Positions 53,722 through 64,000 of a stretch of 64,000 nucleotides of DNA are shown one piece after another. The notes under the pieces are model-generated. The model searched no databases, had not been told where the DNA came from, and was given only the letters and a program-made list of their open reading frames with translations. The position numbers were made by a program, and so were the translations under genes. The DNA is from Octopus sinensis (Eukaryota): the NCBI RefSeq assembly GCF_006345805.1, contig NC_043001.1:39122001-39186000 (forward strand). The letters are read 5' to 3'. How positions within the stretch are numbered: the stretch's first letter is position 1; each line of letters begins with the position of its first letter.

Positions 53722-54165
53722 TTAATTCACTGGGGGGGGGGGGGGGATCAACTTCATATTATCACCTTTTTTTAATAAACTTTGATACTTCTTTAATTCT
53801 TCTTTGTTAATAACTATATTATCACAGGGGCAAGTTGCTGCACTCGCAAAATTTATTTTTGACTTTTCCTGTTGTGTAGTAGCCTCGCTAGACATCTTGT
53901 CGTCTGCTTTTGTAACGCTCGCGTGAGACGCCTCTTTACCTTCACCTTCCTCCTCCCATATATTCGCCTTCATGCCTTCAAACAAATTTTCAAAGTTTTC
54001 CTCCGACTCAGAAGAAATTGGTGGAAAACTCAAGTTTTTCGTCGCTTCCCCCTTGAAACAAGGGGGAAAGTACAGCAAAACTCTGCTGCAACAGCAGAAA
54101 AGAAGTGGTCTCGACGACCAAAACAGCAAATGTTCACAATTTTCAGCACAAAAACAATCTTTCAC
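53722..54165 (-). other. CpG-rich 147-codon ORF; most likely the N-terminus of a Tx1-type ORF1, alternatively a host 5' exon
   Basis: Acidic low-complexity start then 'KINFASAA...EELKKYQSLLKK'. Same strand as the Tx1 fragment across Gypsy copy 2 and cut off by its LTR. No diagnostic domain. Confidence 0.4.
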
Positions 54166-54759
54166 TGCGGAGCAAAGAATAACACAACCGATGAGAGAGA
54201 GAGAGAGCGGTAATTATCGTTTTCTTTCTCTGTTTCCCTAATTCTTGTCGTTATTTTTGACTCTCTAATTTCGTTTTTGTTCACCTCCACCCACCTCTTT
54301 CTCATTTTCAGGAGTTATTCCTTTTACACTATCCCCAACTCCGCATCTCAAAGTTGGCTCTCATTTATTAAACAGACCGGCGAAGTATCGTTCCTCTGAG
54401 CTTGGGTTACCTTCAGACGGTTCTGAAAGTCACCATCATTCTCACCATCGTTATCATCACCATCATCATCCTCCCCATAATCATCACCACCATTATTATC
54501 AGTATCATCGTCATTTTACGTTTGTCTTCCATGCTGTCATTAGTTGAACTGTTTGGCAGAATCTGATAAGCCAGAGGATTGTGTTGAGTGCCAATGTCTG
54601 CTTTTTACGACAGTTTCTACAGATAGGTGTCCTTCCTATTGCCAGTCACTTTACAGAGTGTACTGGATGTTCTTTTAAGAGTATTGTCACTAATGAGGCC
54701 ACAAAGTAACTCTCACGACAATATCTCCTGACTTGAGTTGGGGTGCTGTATCAAGGGAC

Positions 54760-55460
54760 CTGGCTCTATGCTAGGTGTTGAGAGGCTTAAGTATGGTAGA
54801 GGGACTGGAACAGGTGTCTTGCTGTGGAGGAGATATATGACTACCCCAACTGGAAAGGAAGTGGTGATGGTGGTGATGAGATGTCAGAGCATATCTTCAA
54901 GGGACAGGGGACAAGGAAGGGTGGATGAGTAAGTTCACAAGTGAATGAAAGGTGAGGGACAAATGGTTAGAGATGGAGATAGAGGTGAAATGTAGTGGAT
55001 GGTGAACATGGATAAAAGCAATCAATTGTGAATTTCAGTTTGGAAAGAATTGAAGGAAAACAGGAATGGATCAGGGAAGATGAAGTGATAAGTGGCAATA
55101 GTTAAAGGGTCAGTTGTGGAGAGAAATAGAGAGATGATGTGAAGTGTGTGGAGTTGGAGAGAGAGGTGAGTACTGTACAGAGGTATATAAAAGTCAAAAT
55201 TAATATGCAAAGCTGTTTAGGGTTAATGGGGCATTCAGTGGAAAATATAGTGGTAAAAGGTAATATTGCGAATAAAAGATGGTTGACAAGAGAAGTGGTG
55301 CCAAAAACAAAAGTTGGATGAAATATGTGCAGCTTTGTTCTCATATAATTACAGTAGTTGAGTAAATAGTGCTATAATTAAAAGAGTGATGGAGGGGCTG
55401 ATGTTATAAAGATAAGTTGTAGAGAAGGTTTGATTGAGAAAGATTTCTTGTAGGGTTATA
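54760..55460 (-). mobile_element. Degenerate Penelope-like RT fragment
   Basis: 'FHPTFVF...LPF' followed by C/T-rich coding similar to the 32800 element. Confidence 0.55.
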
Positions 55461-55469
55461 GGCATGTAC

Positions 55470-55800
55470 AATATGCTTTTAGGATCTCATTTTTTGGTTG
55501 AGATAAAAAGGTCTTCTTGAGCACAGCAAGTCGCCAGTTATCTCTGTTTTTATCATCTCTTGCATGAGGCTCAATATCATGAAATCGATCTTCATTACTT
55601 CATCCCATATCTTCCTGGGTTTCCCTCTTCCGTAAATCCCATCTACATTTAGCACATCAATGTGCATCACATTACCAAACCAGTGTAGTCTTCTTCCTTG
55701 CACACTACATCGGATAACTCTTATACCCAATTTTTCTCTCAACAGATTTGCACTTTGTAGCATATTGCATATTGACTTTGCACATACATACATGCAGTTG
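55470..55800 (-). mobile_element. RTE LINE remnant
   Basis: 'LREKLGIR...RRLHWFGNV...GRGKPRKIWDEV'. Confidence 0.8.
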
Positions 55801-55819
55801 CAGCTCTATGTATGTATTT

Positions 55820-56210
55820 ATGTGTCTTTTACTCTTTTTACTCTTTTACTTGTTTCAGTCATTTGACTGTGGCCATGCTGGAGCACCACCTTTAGATGAG
55901 CAAATCAACCTCAGGATTTATTCTTTTGTAAGCCCAGTACTTATTCTATCGGTCTCTTTTGCTGAACTGCTAAGTTACAGCAACGTAAACACACCAGCAT
56001 CGGTTGTCAAGCAATGTTGGTGGAGACAAACACAGACACACAAACACACATATATATACATATACATATATACGATGGGCTTCTTTCAGTTTCCATCTAC
56101 AAAATCCACTCACAAAGCTTTGGTCGGCCTAAGGCTATAATAGAAGACACTTGCCCAAGGTGCCACTCAGTGGGACTGAACCAGAAACCATGTGGTTGGT
56201 AAGGAAGCTA
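55820..56210 (-). mobile_element. SINE copy
   Basis: Reverse complement of the family at 1-390. Confidence 0.7.
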
Positions 56211-56212
56211 CT

Positions 56213-59200
56213 TTATTTCAATAACTTTGCCATGTAGGCATAATACAAAGGGGACAAACAAGGACAGACAAACATAGAATAGTGAAGTAGCTTAAAGCGT
56301 TGTTATGAATTGATTAAAAATATGAAAAAGGCAAATAATTAAAAATAAAATAATATAAAATACATTGCGTTATGCAATGTGACACCGAAGGAAAGGCATC
56401 TGACATCAGGGTAGGGCCTTTGCTTTTCTTCCAGATCTCCACATACTTGGTGCCAATCACTCCCAGCTTTCTTACCACAGGCTTCCATCTCATCTTGAAT
56501 TTCTCATGTGACAGGTACCGCTTCCCCCAGCCTGATCTTGCTGCTGAGGTGGTAACTAAAAAATTTGACCAACCCTTAGTCAGATACAAAAGTACCCATC
56601 ACAATCCCTTTCACATGTGTCTTCCATACCGTTTCTTTTAAAATGGCTACCACACTGTAAAAACAGGCCTTCCTTTCCCCGCTAAGAGAAGAAAGCAGCA
56701 CAATCTTGATGATGGACTCAGCTGATAGTTGTACTCTTCCCATCGATGACAACAGTTGTTCTGTGAAAGCTATCAATCCCGATAATTGTTGACATCCCAC
56801 GAATGCATGTAAGATGGTTTCCCTGTCCTGCCCACACCTTGGACATGATGGTGAGGTGGCACTTCCGTGCCTTGAAAGCTTATCACGAACCGGTAACACC
56901 ACATGGAAGCACTGCCAAGACAGGGATTTCTGGTAATTATCCAGATACCCTGTCCCGAATGTTCTCCTGAACAGGTTGATCAACTGATTTTCATTATAGC
57001 CCAGCGTCTTCCCCTAGGCGTCTTCAGACATGAATCCCACTAACCCACTATAAAAATCTGTGGTGGAACTTCTGCTGCCGGCATTGCCCGCCCGAGAGAG
57101 TAGCTGAAGTGCCTTATGGCACTCCAAATGCCATTTCCCTAGTTTAGGTCTCTGCTTGATCCATGTACCAATGTTCGTTAAGGACGTTAACCTCGGAAGG
57201 TAGAACCAGATGTGCGGTTACTACACCTGTTCTCCATCCAGGTAAATCCAGAGGTGCCTCAGCTGTAACACAAATTTTTCATCCTCAGCCAAGGCATCCC
57301 TAGCTCACCCTTCAGTGGCTTCTGGCAGCAGACAGAGCACTTCACAATAGGCTTTCCTCCTTTCCACAAAAAGCAGAAAAAGATTCTCTCCAACTTGTTC
57401 AGCCACAAATCAGGGCAAGGCACCATGGTCAGACGGTAGGTGATAACAGATGCTATAAACATCTGCACCTACTCCACCTCCCCTAGCAAGGATAACACCC
57501 GCCCAGACCAAGTCTGGGTTAGAGCAGTCACCTTACTGGCTACCTCACTCCAATTTTTCTCTATCTGGAGATCTGGTCCAAACCAGACGCCAAGCAGCTT
57601 AACAGGACCTTCTGTCCAATGCCCTACAACATTATTGGACGTCATCGGCTTGCCTCTCCAGGTGCCGAGTTGCAAACCGACTGACTTGTCCTTGTTAACC
57701 TTTGTTTCTGCCACCACCTCATAACTTTTGATGGCCTCTTCCACCACTGGAAGCTGGCTCTCATCCACCACGGTGATGGAGATGTAATCCACATACACTG
57801 TAGCTCCACCTCCACACCACAGATCATTTGGTGTGCTTCCTAGTGCTTCCAACTTCTGCAGCAATGACTCAAGAGCCAGTACATACAAAAGCGGAGACAG
57901 GGGATACCCCTGACGCACTGAGAATTCGATCCTGAATGGTTTCGAGAAGAATCCATTTACTTTGACTGCAGACTCAATGTCGCTGTACAAAGCAGCAATC
58001 CAACCATGGCAGGTTGGGCCTAGGCCAGCCTTTCCAACGACTACTGCCAAGTACTGATGGTCAACCCTATCAAATGCTTTAGACTGATCTAAATGTACCA
58101 GTGCCCCTCCTGTGCCAGAAAGATTCTCTACCCTCTCTAAGGTGTAATATAGACGATGGAGATTGTCATGGATCAACCTGCCCGGGATCACCTTGCAGCA
58201 CCTCAATCACCTCCTCGGTTGTGATTGACCCTTCACAGCACTCAACCTCTCACACCGAGAGACACAGGCCACCATATAGGAAGTCCCTAAGGGCCTCACC
58301 ATGATCCAGCCTCCCACTCATCCCGAACAACTCAGCAAAGTGTTCGTAAAGTGCCTCACACATCTCGTCCTGTCCTTCAACTGGACTCCCACTATCATCA
58401 GTCTGAGACCTAATTGTGGCATCATTGCCACACTGGGTTTCTACTGTACGGGCCCATCTGGCAACATTAATTCCCTCACAGACCAATGCTTGCACTTTAG
58501 CCCAGACTCTACATCCCTCATGTTTGGCTTTGAGGTGACAGTCTAAGGCCGTTCTTGCTGCCAAAATGTGGGATGCAGAGCCCAACCTCAATGCCTCCTC
58601 TAAGTCCTTAACTAGTTTCCCTTCTATTCTAGCCTTGTCTAGTCTTAGCAGATGGCTAAACTTAACAGACTTGAAACGAATGTCTCTTTTGAGGGCAAAC
58701 CACCTCTGGTTATTAACCACAGAGCCAGTTAACGCTCTCTATACTAATTCCTTAATCTGACTACGGCATACCTCACAAGTCAAAATAGACTTGTTCAGCT
58801 TCCAGTAACCGGATCCTCTCTTAACTGCACTATCTATGTTCAGCCTACACTTAACCATGTAGGATACTTGAACAAGATGTGGACAACTAAAGCTAGCCTT
58901 ATCTCTAGCTCTTGTCACTATCCTATCTAAGTAAGACTTGATCTTTCCGTCGCCATTCATCCTGGTTCACTCTGTAACAATCTGCTAGCTGAAATCACTT
59001 AAGCAAATCTATGAGACGTGAGTTCATTTTCCTATCAATTGAGCCAACACTGTCAATGTGTGCATCAACGAGAGCATTATTGTCACCTAACACCATTAAT
59101 GTCTTTGATGTTACGAGAAAGATCTCTAGGCATCAATAAAAATCAGTTTGCAATCCTCTAGCACAGGGTGCATAGATTCCGATCAACCTGAAGGATCTAC

Positions 59201-60400
59201 CACTGTACCTCATATCAAGGACGACCAGCCCACCTTCAGAATCCACATAGACTGTACTTGTCTGCAGAGTCAAGCCTTTTCAGTCAAGTACTACTACATC
59301 CCCTAGACTTCCAGTCTGGCTAGGAGACATAATTTTTTCATAGCCATTCAGGAGGGGCAAGAAGGTTTGCAAACTGTCCAGCTTAGTCTTTGTAGCAACC
59401 ATCACATGTATATCATGTGATCTGAGATGCTGGGGCCGATCTCACCAAACGTGAGTCAGCCTCCTCTTTTCTGTCCTTCTCTAGACATTCAGGCGGGTCT
59501 TTGACCCTCCTGATGCCTCTCAGATGCCTATCCTTCATCTGCCTGAATAGGTTTTCCCCCATCCAGGCATGATTCATATGTGTGTCATTTAGATTCAAAA
59601 GTTTCACCGTAATGTGTTGTGGAATTTGTCCTTCCAAATAATTGTCTTTAGAGTCATATTCAATTAAAATTGTTTCTTCATTCTTTTGTGTGTTTTTTTC
59701 TGGGGCGATGGAGTGGGGTCTTTTCTTTTTTCCCATGGGGATGTGGGTGGGGAAGGTGCATGTAAATGTTTGCGAATTGTTGTGAATTCCCCTTTGGACA
59801 TCTCCATGGTGTCGTCTGGGGATGTTGTGTTTGAAACACAAGGTGCCTCAGAAATCAGGTTGGTGGGGATTTTTATTAATGTGGAGGTTTGTGTATGCTG
59901 GGGTTGGGTCTTTTCATTACTTTGTTTGAAAGTGGCACCACAACAGGGAGAGTGGGAGCATTTGTTTTTGTGTGGGCTAGTGTATGTGTGGGTTTGGGGA
60001 TGTTTTGAATAGTTGTGGGGACTGGTGTCTGTAACAGTTTTTTATCTTTTTTTCTTCTTTTCCAACTCTTCTTTTTTATTTCACAATTGCTTCGAATGTG
60101 ACCTTTTTTTCCACATTCGAAGCAAATAACCTTTTTATCCTCCGCTTGAACTCGGAGGGTAACTTTTTCACCCATGCATACCCAGTCCAGAGGGTTTTCA
60201 ATGTCTTCCAGTGCCCCTTAGATGATGGCTGAAATGCTCTGCCCTGTTCAGTATTGGGAGGCAAAGCATGAAATCTGGAGGAATTGTATTTTGTCTGTCC
60301 TGTTGTACAACAGGGTAGCCATTACCCTTAATATGTTAACCATACTGATACTCATATCAACATTTGGACTTCTTAACTAGATGCTAGATAAGATATCAAT
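56213..60400 (-). mobile_element. Near full-length degenerate Tx1/L1-clade LINE
   Basis: ORF1 zinc knuckle CFECGKKGHIRSNC (59876-60175). Endonuclease end GSGYWKLN. RT 'LDQSKAFDRVDH...VRQGYPLSPLLY...YVDYI'. zf-RVT CPRC...ETILH. AATAAA near the 3' end. Confidence 0.92.
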
Positions 60401-61599
60401 TATTGATGTTAAAGTCACCAAATTGCTAATTTATAGAAAAACTGACATAGACTGCTTTTACTTAAAATAAAATTAAAGCTGCAGATGCTTAGAATCAATT
60501 TAAGCAGCATTTGAATATCACATCATATACCTTCAACAGCTTCTACTAACCACCAGATGTTGAAATTTAGTTATGAACCGTGGCTACATATACGAGGCAG
60601 ATAACATCATAAGAGTTTGAAAGGAGCTTTTTAGAAAGTATTCCCTGACTTATGATCAGGGATACACACCCAGAGAAGTTGAAAAACTCTACTTCAACAA
60701 ATCATGTGAAGAGAAGCTGTATACACACCACAAAAAAAGCCATACGCAGCTATGTTCAAAGAAATCTTCAAAGTAACACCAGCACTGATAACCAGAGTTA
60801 TTAACAACAAGATATTAACTCTTACTTTAAAGGATATGCTTTTGCAATGCTAGAACCAGAAATAACAACTGCTTGAGGAATAAAATTCACAAAAGGGATA
60901 TAGACCACCCAAATCATTAGAAAAAACTTCCATAGAAATAATAATCCTGAGGATACTAATACAAGAAGCTACTGAGATATGGAGAATATAATCCAACAAA
61001 ATATGGAAGAGTACTGATGGAATGTTCTTATAGACTAGCAAAATGTAAACTTAACAGACCAGATTTAATGATCTACACACTTGTAATCAGTCACTCAGTA
61101 GTTCATCATCATTATCATCATCATTTAAACATCTGTTGTCTGTGCTGGCATGAGTTGGATGTTTTGACCAGGGTTAGTAATCTGAAGGACTGCACCAGAC
61201 TCCAGTCACATTTGCTATTGCTGTTAACATAATATTAAAGATGAGTAAAAAAAACACATCTGAATTGAATGGATGAGAAATCTGCTTTTAATCAATCCAG
61301 AATATGGTTCTATACTTCTATCAAGGGTTTTGGAAGCACATAAAGTCAGAAAGAACACACCTAATCAAGAGATTACAAGTAATCAAAAGCCCTCTCAAAA
61401 TATGTAAAACAATCAAGAAGTTTACCAAGTAATACGTGCACATACATATACGTACATGCTTATATACATACAGGTAAAGATATTATACATATAGGTATGC
61501 ATACATACATAAAGACATACATACATACACACATGATGGCTGCCTCCTCATAATCAAGTATGGCCATTGCACGAGGCTTAGTTGTTAATGGTGCTGTGA

Positions 61600-63540
61600 T
61601 CAAATGTGACTTTTCAGCCCAACTAAAGATCTACAATGTCTTGTACAGAATTGGTAGCTAAAACCTTTATTGGCAATAGCTGGCTATAGTTATAATTGGG
61701 CTTCATGTACCTTTGCGTGTCTTTTAAGTCCTTCCACCGAATCACACTCCCTTCCACATATGATTAGTATGGTGTGTAGCACCACCACCAGTGGCCTGGT
61801 AGTCAATTATTGGTCTTGCTTTATGACTACGAAGATGACTCTTGACTTCAGCGTTACTGAGGCAGAGTCTTTCACAGACAGTGCATTTCAACATCATAAG
61901 AAGACCTTTACTGTCTGGCAGTGCCACTGCAATGCTCTTCCTGACATCCCTCCTCGCTTTCTAATGCCCAACTCAAGATTTCTCAAAAGTAGCTGTCCCC
62001 TCATGCACAACCCTTCTCCACCTACTATGGTTAATAGCTATGCCCTCCCATGTGTCAGGAGAGATGCAAGCATCTCTCAAGGAAGCCTTCAGCAAGTCTT
62101 TATACCCTTTTATTTTCATTTATGTGGAGGTTGTTCTCCTTTAGCTAACTCTCCATAAAAGAGTCGTTTTGGCATCCTTGAATCTTTCATCCTGACCAGA
62201 TGACCATTCCATCTGAGACTTTGCTTCAACACAAGAGCTGCTATTCTTACACACTGCAAGCTTTCCAATATCTCAAGATCACTGATGCAGTCCTCCTACT
62301 TAATGCCATAGATCCATCTGAGATATATCTGATGGAAACATTCCAGTTGATTAAGGTGGTATCGATATGTGACACAGGTCTTACAGGCATAAAAAATAGA
62401 AGAGAGCACATACGTATTGTACACCTTTATCTTTGTCTTCCTGCATATGTCTCACTGATTCCAGAGGTGCCTTTTTAGCCTTTTGAAAGCGTCACTTGCT
62501 TTCCTAATTCTGTATGGAATTTCATTATCCAAATTGCTATATCTATTAACAGTACTTGCCAGGTAGACAAACTGATCAACTACAAGTCGTTTACCATACA
62601 CATAGATATTTGGTTCACTATACTGCTTACCAGGGGCGGGTTAGTACATTTCAACAGTTTTCTTGAGACTGATTGTCAATCCTAAGGCAGTGCAAACATC
62701 AGAGAATGCATTCAAAATGTGTTGCATACCAATCTCTGTGTGTGCTACTAAATCACAATCATTTGCATACAAAAGGTCTCTAATGATAAAGGTAAATACC
62801 TTTGTTTTTGTAGCAAAGCCCCTGATACTAAATATGCTGCCAAAGGTATGATAATGGATGTAAACACCATATCTGCAATTTCTGAATGCAATACAGAAAA
62901 CCATCACAAAATATATGGCAAATAGGGTCAGTGCCAGAATATCCCCCTGTTTCACTCCATTTTGTATTGAGATGGGTTCTGATATTTTATCTCGAACATT
63001 AACCCTACCCTTCATGCCTTCATGAAAAGACCTAACCAAAGCAAGGAACTTTTCAGGACAACCAAGTTTTTGGAGGACTTTCCACAGTGCATTTCTATTA
63101 ATGGTATCAATGGCTTTTGTCAGATCGACAAAAACCTGATATAAATCCAGACTCTGTTCCACACACTTCTCCTGAAGCTACCTAGCTGAGAAGATCACAG
63201 CAGCAGTGCCGTGTGCCACATGAAAGCATGATTGACTTTCCAGAAAAACAGAATCTGCAACATGTTTCAGCAGATGATCTAGAAGTACCCTGCATAAAAC
63301 CTTTCCTATGACAGAAAGTAACGATATTCCCCTATAGTTACCACAATCATTCCTGTTGCCCTTTCCCTAATATAAGACCACTATTACTGTATCTCTCCAG
63401 TCCTCGAGTACAGATTCACTAGCCCATATCCTACCAACAATGAGTGAAGCTGTTGCAGAAGTTTCTCACCACCATGCTGCAGCAACTTCGCATGTATGCC
63501 ATCCATACCCAGAGACCTCCCATTATTCATCCTTGAGATA
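61600..63540 (-). mobile_element. RTE-BovB-type LINE RT region, degenerate
   Basis: ORF 62641-63162 'FVDLTKAIDTINR...GVKQGDILA...LLYANDCDL'. Confidence 0.9.
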
Positions 63541-63740
63541 CACATACATACATACGCACACAAACATACATATATACATACATATGCATACATACATACA
63601 TACACACACATATGTATATACATACATACATACATACATACATACATACATACACATACATACATACATACACATACATACATACATACATACATACATA
63701 CATACATACATACATACATACATACATACATACATACAAT
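63537..63740. repeat. (TACA)n microsatellite
   Basis: Direct read. Confidence 0.95.
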
Positions 63741-64000
63741 TCCTACATACATAGCTTAACACCTACATGTGCCGCACTATAATCAGAGGGCAGAATATTT
63801 TCTGGTTGATCACCTTATGTTCTAACCTATTCTTTATAACTGATCAGATTTCTATCTCCTCTATACTTTTCCTTCGATAATTAGGCATGCTAATTAAATT
63901 GATATTGTGCTTATGTTAGTAATCATCATTAGTATTATGTAAATACCTCTTATCATTTAGCTTTTGCTTGTTTCAGTCATTGGGCTGGGGTCTTACTGAG

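Noticed and set aside
60400-61050. Possible Penelope RT remnant
   Set aside because: Only faint motif traces across many stops.

Overview
AT-rich, microsatellite-dense animal genomic DNA. The repeat content (RTE, CR1-like and Tx1 LINEs, Penelope elements, tRNA-type SINEs, Helitrons, long (TA)n/(TACA)n tracts) suggests a cephalopod, probably Octopus; this is an inference, not a database result. About three quarters of the window is transposon-derived. Only one host gene can be reconstructed, on the minus strand. An exon ending in ATG (30107-30141), a 58-nt exon (25471-25528) and a 270-nt phase 1-1 exon (3221-3490) splice in frame through canonical GT-AG sites. Together they encode a signal peptide plus an Ig-like domain across a 22-kb TE-filled intron. 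The most unusual region is 36.4-54.4 kb. It holds a ~3.4-kb near-perfect palindrome (43046-46463, 6-nt spacer) folded back inside a Helitron 5' end, with ~147-bp G-rich tandem arrays. It also holds an uninterrupted Merlin/ISXO2 DDE transposase core next to a Helitron 3' end. Two inverted copies of one Gypsy family sit almost symmetrically around the palindrome and share a ~99.6% identical integrase tract despite ~90% identity elsewhere. Several nested insertions and microhomology deletions can be reconstructed at base level. No CRISPR, rRNA or prokaryotic operon is present. TE boundaries not tied to a terminal motif are approximate.
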